From an uncultured Actinomycetes bacterium (GTDB lineage Bacteria; Actinomycetota; Thermoleophilia; Gaiellales; Gaiellaceae): 64,000 nt of DNA. Below the pieces are notes generated by a model. That model was not told the DNA's origin. It worked only from the letters and a program-made list of their open reading frames with translations, and made no database searches. The translations under genes were made by a program, and so were the position numbers. The stretch lies in assembly GCA_963842305.1 (NCBI GenBank), contig CAWJFW010000006.1, positions 7,722 to 71,721 on the forward strand, in the 5' to 3' direction. The number at the start of each line of letters is the position of its first letter. Within the stretch, counting starts at the first letter, position 1. This document shows positions 45,742 to 54,573 of this stretch, piece by piece.

Positions 45742-46662
45742 ATGACCGGAGACGTGGCTCGCGCGCAGTACCTAGAAGACCTCTGCAAGTCGGCTCTGAA
45801 CCGTGTGCCGGAGCTGAGCCGGATCCCCTTCCGCTGGACTGTGAACCCATACCGCGGGTGCACGCATAGCTGCCACTACTGCTTCGCCCGCGCCTTTCAC
45901 AGCTACCTGGATCTGGGGGTCGGCGACGACTTCTCGTCGAAGATCGTCGTAAAGACGAACGTGGTCGAGGTGCTGCGCCGCGAGCTCGCGTCCCCCCGCT
46001 GGGACGGCGAGACGGTGGCGATGGGCACCGCCACCGATCCCTATCAGCACTGCGAGGGGCGCTACAAGCTGACCCGTGGGGTGGTCGAAGCGCTCGCCGA
46101 CTTCGCAAACCCGCTCTCGATCCTCACCAAGTCGACCCTCATCGTGCGCGATCTCGACGTCTTCGGCCGACTGAACGAGGCCGCCCCGCTGACCGTCTCC
46201 ATGAGCGTGAACACGTTGGACGAGGACGTGCGACGCGTTGTCGAGCCGGGAACCCCGCCCGGCCGGAAGCGGCTTGAGATCCTCGGCCGGTTCGCGGAGG
46301 CGGGCATCCGGACGGGCGTCCTCGTCGCCCCGGTCCTTCCCGGTCTCACCGATGACGACGAGCATCTGGACGAAGTGCTCGCCGCGTGCGCCGAGGCGGG
46401 TGTCTCGTGGGCATCCGCGATCGTCCTCCACGTCAGGCCGGCGATCCGCGATCACTTCATGCCCTGGCTGAAGCAGGCCTACCCATGGCTCTACCCGCGC
46501 TACGTGGAGCTGTATGGAAGCCGGGCCTACGCCCCGAAGCGCTACCAGCAGCAGATCGGAGAGCGGTTCGCACGCCTCCGCCTGCGCCACGGCCTATCGC
46601 CAACCGGGGGCGGCAGGCCGCTTCCCGGCAAGCGCCAGGAGCAACTCGCTCTCACGGTCTAG
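45742..46662 (+). CDS. Rv2578c-family radical SAM protein (spore photoproduct lyase-like)
   Basis: ..NPYRGCTHSCHYCFAR.. (CxxxCxxC cluster motif) plus the overall pattern of the family. A GTG at 45754 is an alternative start. Confidence 0.85.
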   Translation: MTGDVARAQYLEDLCKSALNRVPELSRIPFRWTVNPYRGCTHSCHYCFARAFHSYLDLGVGDDFSSKIVVKTNVVEVLRRELASPRWDGETVAMGTATDPYQHCEGRYKLTRGVVEALADFANPLSILTKSTLIVRDLDVFGRLNEAAPLTVSMSVNTLDEDVRRVVEPGTPPGRKRLEILGRFAEAGIRTGVLVAPVLPGLTDDDEHLDEVLAACAEAGVSWASAIVLHVRPAIRDHFMPWLKQAYPWLYPRYVELYGSRAYAPKRYQQQIGERFARLRLRHGLSPTGGGRPLPGKRQEQLALTV

Positions 46663-47318
46663 TAGCGGCCGAAGTAGTTCCTGACGTCCGGCGGCATCCT
46701 GCTGTTGATGAAGAAGCCGACCGGCGCCAGGACGAACCAGGAGAGAATCGCCGCCGTCGTGTTGACGAACGCGATCGGAATGGAGAGGACGAAGACCCCG
46801 ACGGGGAAACCCGAGGCGACGAGGCTCCAGCCCCAGGCCGCGGAAGGCATGCCCTCCCGCACGAGTCCCGCCCGGTAGGCATGGCCGGTGATCAAGATCT
46901 CCATCGCGCTCACGGCCGCCATCGAGAGTGCGAAGACGACGAAGGCGATCGGGTTTTTTTCGTACTCGCCGACGAGCGAGGTCGGGAACGGCAAGAAGGC
47001 GATGAACCCGAGGTAGGCGAGGTTCTGCGACAGCAGGCGACGGTCGATCCGAGCGAGCCGCGAGAAGAACCAGTGGTGTGCGAGCCAATAGCGGCCGATG
47101 ACGTAGAACGAGACGGCGAAGCTGACGATCTCGGGAAGGGCGTCGCTCAGCGCCCCGAGCATGTCGCGTGAGCTCCCGCCGCCGGGCGGCAGGCCGGAGA
47201 CGCCGATCTGGAGGACGAGCAGCGTCATCGCGATGGCGAAGATCGCGTCGCTGAACGCGATCACGCGGGCGAACTCGGTACTGCCGCGCACGATGCCGTG
47301 GGCCTGCTCCTGCGGCAC
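46659..47318 (-). CDS. TMEM175 / DUF1211 family potassium channel
   Basis: Hallmark R....FSDA..AI..T.LV motif (RVIAFSDAIFAIAMTLLVL); 6 TM helices. Confidence 0.8.
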   Translation of the reverse strand: MPQEQAHGIVRGSTEFARVIAFSDAIFAIAMTLLVLQIGVSGLPPGGGSSRDMLGALSDALPEIVSFAVSFYVIGRYWLAHHWFFSRLARIDRRLLSQNLAYLGFIAFLPFPTSLVGEYEKNPIAFVVFALSMAAVSAMEILITGHAYRAGLVREGMPSAAWGWSLVASGFPVGVFVLSIPIAFVNTTAAILSWFVLAPVGFFINSRMPPDVRNYFGRY

Positions 47319-47350
47319 CGCGAAAGGCTACACCGCTAGCGTTGCCTGAA

Positions 47351-48277
47351 ATGGCGCCGATCTGCATCGGTACGTGCTCGTGGGCTGACGACGCGCTCAC
47401 GAAGTACTGGTATCCGAAGGAGGTCTCCTCCGCGGAGGCGCGGCTCCGCTACTACGCGGAGCAGTTCTCGACCGTGGAGGTGGACTCCACCTACTACCGC
47501 CTGCCCGACGAGACGATGGTGTCGCGCTGGGCGGAGCGGACGCCCGACGGCTTCGTCATGCACGTGAAGGCGTTCGGCGTGATGACCCGCCACCCCGTCA
47601 AGGTGGAGCAGCTGCCACCCGACCTCCGAGACGCGGCACCCGTCGACGATCGGGGTCGGGTCGACCGCCCGCCGCGTGAGTTTCGCGCGGAAGTCTTCCG
47701 GCGCTTTCATCGAGCGCTCGAGCCGCTGCGCGAGACCGGCAAGCTCGGCGGGATCCTCCTCCAATTTCCGCCGTATGTCGTCTCAAAGGACGTGTCCGTC
47801 GACTACCTCCGTTGGGCCGTCGAGCAGCTGGGCGGTGACAAGGCCCTGGTCGAGTTCCGCCACCGCAGCTGGCTCGACGACGAGCATCGGGATGCGACGC
47901 TGAAGACCCTCGAGGAGCTCGGCGCCTCCAACGTGATCGTGGACGCGCCGAAGACGGAGGCCAAGAACCTCGTCCCCACCGTGGTCGCGGCGACGAGCCC
48001 GCTCGCCTACGTCCGCTTCCACGGACGCAACGCGGGCACGTGGAACAGGCGAGGCGGGAGCGCCAGCGACCGCTTCGACTATCTCTACTCGAACGAGGAG
48101 CTGGAGGAGTGGGTCGAGCCGCTCCGAGAGCTCGGGAAGAACGCCGACGAGGTGTACGTCCTCTTCAACAACAACCGCTGGAGCCGGACGCCGCAAGGCG
48201 AGCTCGCGGCCCAGGCTCCGGCAAATGCACGCGCCTTGCAAGGAATACTCGGCGTTTCTGGGGTTCCAACTCGCTAG
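47351..48277 (+). CDS. DUF72 (YecE-like) protein
   Basis: ..IGTCSWAD.., ..FSTVEVDSTYYRLP.., ..W...TPDGF...VKA.. patterns. TTG 47342 is an alternative start. Confidence 0.85.
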   Translation: MAPICIGTCSWADDALTKYWYPKEVSSAEARLRYYAEQFSTVEVDSTYYRLPDETMVSRWAERTPDGFVMHVKAFGVMTRHPVKVEQLPPDLRDAAPVDDRGRVDRPPREFRAEVFRRFHRALEPLRETGKLGGILLQFPPYVVSKDVSVDYLRWAVEQLGGDKALVEFRHRSWLDDEHRDATLKTLEELGASNVIVDAPKTEAKNLVPTVVAATSPLAYVRFHGRNAGTWNRRGGSASDRFDYLYSNEELEEWVEPLRELGKNADEVYVLFNNNRWSRTPQGELAAQAPANARALQGILGVSGVPTR

Positions 48278-48327
48278 ATAGTGGGTTACCGTTCAAGTCA
48301 GAGGGAGGTTCGGCCGATGGGAGAAGG

Positions 48328-49197
48328 GTGGGGAGCCGTCTAGGCACACACGCGCTTTGGACCGTCGCGCTCAGTGTGGTGATCACGCTGCTTGCGCTGG
48401 CGCCTATGGTGCTGCCCGGAGACCGCCCGCTCGACAGCCTGCCGGCGCCGCTGCGCGGCACCGCGCAGGTCGGCGAGGTGGTCGCCGATGCACTGGCTTC
48501 CCCGCCGCAGAAGACGAACGAGGCAACGCCGAATTCCCCACAGACTCCACCGGCGGCGCCCGCTTCGACTTCCAGCGGAGTGCTCGGAGACACGGCATCT
48601 GGCTCCTCCGACGGCGGCTCTGACCGCCCCGGCGGCGGCTCGAACCCGGGACGGCCCGGCGGCGACGGAGAGGAGCCCCCACCTCCTCCTCCGCAGCCAC
48701 CTCCCCCGCCGCCCCCACCTCCGCCGGAGCCGCCGACGCCTCCACACGAGCCGCCGACGCCCAATCAGCCCCCTTGGGGCGGAAAGCCGGACCGGGACGA
48801 ACGGCAAGCGAAGAGGGCCGAGCAGCGTGCGCGCCTCGCCGCGATGCGGGATGCGCGCCGCGAGGCGAAGGCCGAGAGGCGCGAGGAGCTGAAGGCCGAG
48901 CGGGACGAGCGCCGCGAGGAGAAGGCTGAAGAGCGTGACCAGCGGCGCGAGGAGAAGGCCGAAGAGCGTGACCAGCGTCGCGAGGAGAAGGCCGAAGAGC
49001 GTGACCAGCGTCGCGAGGAGAAGGCTGAAGAGCGGGACGAGCGGCGGGCGGACAAGGCGGAGCAGTGCGAGGACCGCCGTGAGGAGAAGGCCGAAGAGCG
49101 CGAGCAGCGGCGCGAGGAAAAGGCCGAAGAGCGCGAGCAGCGGCGCGAGGAGCGCGCCGACCGCGGGCGGCGAAGCGGCCGCGAAGACCGAGACTAG
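48328..49197 (+). CDS. Membrane-anchored protein with polyproline tract and Glu/Arg/Lys-rich repeat (probable single alpha-helix) tail
   Basis: GTG 48328 after a purine-rich stretch; TM helix ALWTVALSVVITLLALAPMVL; PPPPPPQPPPPPPPPPPEPPTPPHEPPTPNQPP; then about 9 copies of an 11-aa EEKAEERDQRR unit. Confidence 0.65.
   Translation: MGSRLGTHALWTVALSVVITLLALAPMVLPGDRPLDSLPAPLRGTAQVGEVVADALASPPQKTNEATPNSPQTPPAAPASTSSGVLGDTASGSSDGGSDRPGGGSNPGRPGGDGEEPPPPPPQPPPPPPPPPPEPPTPPHEPPTPNQPPWGGKPDRDERQAKRAEQRARLAAMRDARREAKAERREELKAERDERREEKAEERDQRREEKAEERDQRREEKAEERDQRREEKAEERDERRADKAEQCEDRREEKAEEREQRREEKAEEREQRREERADRGRRSGREDRD
48883..49146 (+). repeat. 33-bp tandem repeat, 8 in-frame units
   Basis: Units starting at 48916, 48949 and 48982 are near-identical (GAGGAGAAGGCCGAAGAGCGTGACCAGCGTCGC). 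Units starting at 48883, 49015 and 49048 are diverged. Units starting at 49081 and 49114 form a second near-identical pair. Confidence 0.85.
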
Positions 49198-49231
49198 CGC
49201 CGGGCTACGGGCGTTCTCCTAAGCTCACCTC

Positions 49232-49885
49232 GTGCAGCCCGAGCCGAGCGCGATCGCGCATCGCACCCGACCGGCGGCCGGTGAGCCTGTCGGCGCTCTC
49301 GTCCTGTTCCACGGACGCGGCGCCGACGAGCTCGACCTCCTCCCTCTGCTCGACCTCCTCGACCCGCAGCAACGCCTGGTCGGGCTCCTCCCGCGAGGCC
49401 CGCTGGCACTGCCGCCCGGCGGCGCGCACTGGTACGCGGTGCGGGAGATCGGCTTCCCCGACCAGGACACGTTCCTGGCGACTTTCGCCGCGGTCTCCGC
49501 TTGGCTCGAGGAGGCGCTTTCCGAGGCCGGCGTCCCCCCGGAGCGCGTCGTGTTCGGCGGCTTCTCCCAGGGAGCGGTGATGTCCTACGCGCTCGGCCTG
49601 GCCGCCTCACGGTCGCGTCCGTCGGGAATTGTCGCCATGAGTGGGTTCATCCCGACGGTCGACGGGTTCGAGCTCGGGCTCGAGAGCCGCTCGGGCCTCC
49701 CGGTCTCGATCTCCCACGGGGCGTACGACCCGGTGATCAGCGTCGACTTCGGGCGCGAAGCGCGCGACCGTCTCGACGTGGCGGGGCTCGACGTCAGCTA
49801 CCGGGAGGATCCTGTCGCCCACCAGATCGCGCCCGCGGCGGTCACCCAGGCCCGGGCGGTGCTCGAGCGGGCACTTCCGGACTAA
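49232..49885 (+). CDS. Alpha/beta hydrolase, phospholipase/carboxylesterase family
   Basis: ..LVLFHGRGADE.., nucleophile elbow GFSQG, and distal ..HG..D.V.. motif. Confidence 0.8.
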   Translation: MQPEPSAIAHRTRPAAGEPVGALVLFHGRGADELDLLPLLDLLDPQQRLVGLLPRGPLALPPGGAHWYAVREIGFPDQDTFLATFAAVSAWLEEALSEAGVPPERVVFGGFSQGAVMSYALGLAASRSRPSGIVAMSGFIPTVDGFELGLESRSGLPVSISHGAYDPVISVDFGREARDRLDVAGLDVSYREDPVAHQIAPAAVTQARAVLERALPD

Positions 49886-51410
49886 GCCCGCCAGTACGCC
49901 CTGGTCAGAAGCGCGACGACGGGCACGATCTCGAGCCGGCCGAGCCACATGAGGCCGGTCATGATCCCGATCGAGACGTCGCTGAACGGTTCGAAGGAGC
50001 CCATCGGCCCGGCGAATCCAAAGGCCGGGCCCACATTCCCGAGGGTCGTTGCGGAGGCCGCCAGGGCGTCGAAGGGCGAGAGCTCCAGATCGACCCTGTG
50101 GGCGTCCAGGAGGAGCAGAACGGCGCCGACGACGAAGATGCCGACGTAGAGGAGCACAAACGCGATCACCGCGCGCACCGTGCGCTCGTCGATCGCGACG
50201 CGGTTGACGCGGATCGGCGCCACGTACTCCGGGTGCATCGTCTGGTCGAGCTCCCGGCGCAGAACCCGGCCGATGACGAGATGCCGGACGATCTTGATCG
50301 AGCCCGCCGTCGAGCCCGCGGAGCCGCCGGGAAACATCAGCGCGACGATGAGCATCGCTGCCGCTGGAGCTGCGACGACCCAGGTGGCGAAGTCGGTGCT
50401 CGCAGAAGCCCGTGGTGGTCATGATCGAGACCGTCTGGAACGCCGCCTGACGGATCGCCTCCTCGCCCTCGCTAAGACCGGCGTCCCAGAGAATGACTGC
50501 GAGAACCGCAGAGGCGAAGAGGAGCAGGCCGAGGTAGAGACGAAACTCCTCGTCGCGCACGAGCGCAACCGGCTTGCCCCGCACGAACGCGCGGTACAGA
50601 AGCGCGAAGTTCGCGCCCGCGATGGCCATGAAGAGCACGAGCACCCATTGCGAGGCGGGTGCGTACCCCTCCAGCGACCGCGGGTCGATGCCGAAACCAC
50701 CGGTCGGCATTGCCGAGAACGCATACGCGGTGGCGTTGAAGAGGTTCATCCGCCGGTCGACCCCGGTCCAGCCGAAGACGGCGAGGATGAGCGATCAGCA
50801 GCCCCGTCAGCGCGACGTAAAGCAGCCACAGACGTCTCGCGGTATCCCGAATCGAGGCCGTCAGCGCCTCGAGTTCGGGACCGGGCGCCTCGGACTCCAT
50901 GAGCTGCCTGCCGCCGACCCGCAGCCGAGGCAGCACGGCGAGTGCGAGCACGATGATCCCCATGCCCCCGAACCACTGGGTGAACTGCCGCCACATCGCG
51001 AGCGACTTGTCGAGCGTCGACACATCGGCGACGACGCTGGAGCCGGTCGTCGTCATCCCGGACATCGCCTCGAAGAGGGCGTCCACCGGGCGTGAGAGCT
51101 GGTCCTCGCCCGAGAGGACGTAGGAGAGCGCGATCGCCGCCGAGCCGAGGAGCCAGGTGAGCGAGACGACGAGGAACCCCTCCCGGAGACCCACGCGCTC
51201 TTTCCCCCGTGTCACCCTCTCGACCCCCCAGCCGACGAGCGCCGTGATCGCTCCGGCCGCGGCGTAGTACCACCACGGTTCGGAGTAGCCCAGGGCAAGC
51301 GGAATCGGGAAGATGAACGCGGCCGAGAGGTACTTGAGTAGGACCCCGACGAGGTTGAGGGCCGCGCCGACCTCGACGTTCACGCTTCGCCGCAGCCGCC
51401 CCAGGATCAC
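49882..51410 (-). pseudogene. trkH: trkH (Trk potassium uptake, membrane subunit) disrupted by two frameshifts
   Basis: Three consecutive minus-strand ORFs (50472..51410, 49607..50749, 49882..50355) each carry one contiguous third of a TrkH sequence. The frame changes near 50790 (..LTGLLIA / ILAVFGWTGVDRRMNLFNA..) and near 50404 (..SIMTTTGF / ASTDFATWVVAAPAAAMLIVALMFPGGSAGSTAGSIK..). Confidence 0.8.
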
Positions 51411-52807
51411 TAGAGCGCTTTCTCGACCTCGGCCACGCGGCTCGACTCGGTGAAGATGATCGCGCGGTCACCGGGCTCGAGCTGATCCTCGCCGTGCGGG
51501 AAGATCGCCGAGCCGTCCCGGACGATCGCACCGATCAGGGATCCCGTCATCGGCAGCTCCTTGAACGGCTTGCGCACGAGCTTGCTGGTCTCCCGCACCG
51601 TGATGTCGAGAATCTCGAAACGGTCGCCCTCGAGCATCGCGAGCTGGCGAATGCGCGGGTCGTGGGCAAACCGGACGATCTCCTCGGCGGTGACCGAGCG
51701 CGGGTTGACCGCCACGTCGATGCCCGCGTGCTCGAACACCTCGACCGAGATCGGCTCGTGGACGATGCCGATCGTGAAGCCCACGCCATGGACTCTGGCG
51801 AGCGTCGCCGCGTAGAGGTTCTTCGAGTCTTCGCGCATGGCGAAGACGACGGCGCGAGCCTGTCCAATACGCTCGCGCTCGATGAAGTCGGGGTCGACCC
51901 CGGTCGCGCAGTAGACGCGGGCGTCGGGAAGCTCTTCGGCGAGCTCACGCGCGCGCTCCTCGCGCGGCTCGATCAGCCGGACACGGATCCTCTGGTCGAG
52001 GAGGACTCGGGCGATCGCGAGACCGGTCGCCCCGCCGCCGTAGATGACGACGTCGTCAACTCGTCCTTCGCCGCGCGCCATTATCTGTCCCCATTGGCGC
52101 GCCGAGTCCGGGGAGCCGATCACAATGATCCGGTCACCCGGCTTGATCGCCTCGTCGCCGCGCGGAACCAGCATCCTCTCGCCGCGGATGATGCTCGCCA
52201 CCTTCGAATCGGGTGGGATGGTCGCCTCGCGCAGCGGCCTGCCCACGACCTCCTCGTACGCGCCCGAGAGCGGCCGGCGGGCGGCGCGCTCGGCGGCCTC
52301 GGTGAGCGGGATGGCGGCAAGGTCCTCGGCGCCGGCGTCACGCGGGACGTCGAACTCGACGATCTGCACCTGGCCTTCGGCGAAGACGTCTGTTTGCTTG
52401 GCGGCAGGAAGGCCGATCGTGCCGGAGACCGCGTGGGCGGTCTCGAGCTCGGACGAGACCATGAAGTCGACGTCGATCTGGCGCTCCTGCCACGCCTCGA
52501 GGTATTCCGGGTTCGAGGTACGAACGATGGTCTGGCCCTCGGAGAGGTTCTTCGCCAGCGTGCCGGCGACGAGGTTGATCTCGTCCCGCGACGTGCAGGC
52601 GATGATGAGATCGGCGTGCTTCACGTCCGCCTCCTGGAGAACGCGCCGCGTCGCGCCGTTGCCCTTTACCGTGCGGATGTCGAAGCGGTACGAGAGCGCC
52701 TGCAGCCGCCCGGGGTCGAGGTCGATGACGGTGACCTCGTGATCCCCGTGCAACGCCTCCACTATGGTCGCGCCCACTTGCCCCGCGCCGACAAGAACGA
52801 TCTTCAT
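51410..52807 (-). CDS. trkA: Trk system potassium uptake protein TrkA (two RCK/NAD-binding modules)
   Basis: MKIVLVGAGQVG.. and a second ..VVIYGGGATGLAIA.. Rossmann motif. The stop overlaps the trkH GTG (TAGTG). Confidence 0.9.
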   Translation of the reverse strand: MKIVLVGAGQVGATIVEALHGDHEVTVIDLDPGRLQALSYRFDIRTVKGNGATRRVLQEADVKHADLIIACTSRDEINLVAGTLAKNLSEGQTIVRTSNPEYLEAWQERQIDVDFMVSSELETAHAVSGTIGLPAAKQTDVFAEGQVQIVEFDVPRDAGAEDLAAIPLTEAAERAARRPLSGAYEEVVGRPLREATIPPDSKVASIIRGERMLVPRGDEAIKPGDRIIVIGSPDSARQWGQIMARGEGRVDDVVIYGGGATGLAIARVLLDQRIRVRLIEPREERARELAEELPDARVYCATGVDPDFIERERIGQARAVVFAMREDSKNLYAATLARVHGVGFTIGIVHEPISVEVFEHAGIDVAVNPRSVTAEEIVRFAHDPRIRQLAMLEGDRFEILDITVRETSKLVRKPFKELPMTGSLIGAIVRDGSAIFPHGEDQLEPGDRAIIFTESSRVAEVEKAL

Positions 52808-52861
52808 GGCGACGGGAGCCTAGTCTCCGATCAGGTCAACGTGAGCCGGGGCCCGCGCCGC

Positions 52862-53410
52862 TTACGTGGAGTCCCACTCCGGCTCACCGTCGATGCCGAC
52901 GCCCTCGGCGATCCGGTTCACGTAGTTGAAGTAGGAGACGACCTGAATCGCGTCGTGAATGGCGGCGTCGCTCCACCCGTGGCCGCGGAGAAGATCCGCG
53001 TCCTCGACGGTCACGTCCGCCGGCGCAGTCGTGAGCTTGAGGGCGTAGTCGCAGAGTGCGCGGACGCGCGGTTCCAGGTCGGCGTTGCGATAGTCGTGCA
53101 TCGCGTGCTCGGCCAGATCGTCGGGTGCGCCCTCGGCACGGAGGTCGTCTGCATGCGCGCGCAGTCAGTAGTGACAGCCGTTGGCCGTCGAGACGACGAC
53201 GGCAAGCAGCTCGCGCTCGGCCCGCGAGAGCTCGGAGGGCCCGAACATGATCGCCTGGTAGAGCGCCATGGAGCGGTTGAGGACGAGCGGGTTCAGGCAC
53301 ATCGCCTTGACGATGTTGAAGACCTTCCCCGCGCGCCCGAGGGCCGCGGCGTACTCCTCCGCGAGCTGCCCTTCGGCCTCGCCCACCTCGATCTGCTTGA
53401 TGTGCGGCAC
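52862..53410 (-). CDS. AhpD-like / carboxymuconolactone decarboxylase family peroxidase-related protein with one in-frame TGA (candidate selenocysteine codon or nonsense mutation)
   Basis: Track ORFs 53165..53845 (distal part) and 52862..53101 are in the same frame and separated only by the TGA at 53165-53167. Read-through gives ..LAVVVSTANGCHY[TGA]LRAHADDL.., the NGCxxCLxAH AhpD signature. GTG start at 53410. Confidence 0.7.
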
Positions 53411-53440
53411 GAGGCTCAGCCTTGCATCTACGCCTACGGG

Positions 53441-53935
53441 ATGCAATCGTCGCCGCCCCTGGCGACTGTCGGAGACGAATTTCGCTCGCTTCTGCGCGGC
53501 TTTCCCGCCGGCGTCGCCGTGCTGACCGTGGACGACGGGGGCGAGCGGCTCGGGCTGACCGTCGGGACGACGCTCTCGCTCTCGCTCGAACCGCCGCTCG
53601 TCGGCGTCTCCGTGAGCCGGCAGGCAGCCATGCACGAGCTGCTGCGACACGCGGGCGGATTTGCGCTCAGCCTCCTTGCCGGCGATCAGGAGGCCGTGGC
53701 CCAGCATTTCGCCCGCGGTGTCCCGCCGCTCGCTCACTGGCACGGCATCGAATGGCGGGAGGGCACGGCCGGCGGCCCGCTTCTCGACGGCGCCCTCGGC
53801 TGGATCGAGGCGCGGGTCGTCGACGAGCACGAGACCGGCGACCACACGCTCTTCGTCGGCGGAGTCGTGTCCGTCCAGCAGGGGCGCTCGGGCCCTGCTC
53901 TCGTCAGGGTCGGACAGGAGTACGCGGGCTTGTGA
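53441..53935 (+). CDS. Flavin reductase domain protein (FMN-binding split barrel)
   Basis: ..FRSLLRGFPAGVAVLT.., ..TVGT..S.SLEPPLV...... and ..GDHTLFVG.V pattern. Confidence 0.8.
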   Translation: MQSSPPLATVGDEFRSLLRGFPAGVAVLTVDDGGERLGLTVGTTLSLSLEPPLVGVSVSRQAAMHELLRHAGGFALSLLAGDQEAVAQHFARGVPPLAHWHGIEWREGTAGGPLLDGALGWIEARVVDEHETGDHTLFVGGVVSVQQGRSGPALVRVGQEYAGL

Positions 53936-54573
53936 TCGACGCGGTCGTCTTCGATCTCGACGGAGTCATCATCGACTCCGAGCACGTCTGGGACGACGTG
54001 CGACAGCAGCTCGCCGAGGAGCGCGGCGGACGTTGGCACGAGGAGGCCTCGAGAGACATGATGGGAATGAGCTCGCCCGAGTGGTCGCGTTACATGCGCG
54101 ACGTGATCGGGCTCCGGGAATCGCCGGAGGAGATCAACGCCGAGATCGTGCGGCGGATGGAGGATGTTTATCGGGCGAGCCTCCCGCTGATCCCGGGGGC
54201 GGTGGCGGCGGTCGAGCGCCTCGCCGCTCGCTGGCCGCTCGGACTGGCGTCGTCCTCGAATCGGGAGCTGATCGACTTCGTTCTGGACGTCTCGGGCCTC
54301 GGACGGCTCTTCCAGGCAACCGTCTCCTCGGAGGAAGTCTCGCGCGGCAAGCCTGCTCCGGACGTCTTCCTGGAGGCCGCCCGGCGGCTTGCGGTTCCGC
54401 CCGAGCGCTGCGCCGCCGTCGAGGACTCCGAGAACGGCATCCGCAGCGCCAAGTCAGCCGGGATGCGCACGATCGCCATCCCGAACCCGGGGTTCCCGCC
54501 CGCTCAGGACGCGCTCGCCGAGGCCGACGTCGTCCTCGACTCGGTCGGCCTGCTGACCCCCGAGGTCGTCTAG
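53932..54573 (+). CDS. HAD-IA family hydrolase (beta-phosphoglucomutase/phosphatase-like)
   Basis: VVFDLDGVIIDSE, ..SSSNRE.., ..GKPAPDVFLEAA.., ..EDSENGIRSAKSAGM... GTG 53932 overlaps the upstream stop (GTGA). Confidence 0.85.
   Translation: MIDAVVFDLDGVIIDSEHVWDDVRQQLAEERGGRWHEEASRDMMGMSSPEWSRYMRDVIGLRESPEEINAEIVRRMEDVYRASLPLIPGAVAAVERLAARWPLGLASSSNRELIDFVLDVSGLGRLFQATVSSEEVSRGKPAPDVFLEAARRLAVPPERCAAVEDSENGIRSAKSAGMRTIAIPNPGFPPAQDALAEADVVLDSVGLLTPEVV

Noticed and set aside
52808-52861. A c-di-AMP (ydaO-type) riboswitch upstream of the trkA-trkH operon.
   Set aside because: The available leader is only about 54 nt, far too short for that element, and shows no conserved motif.
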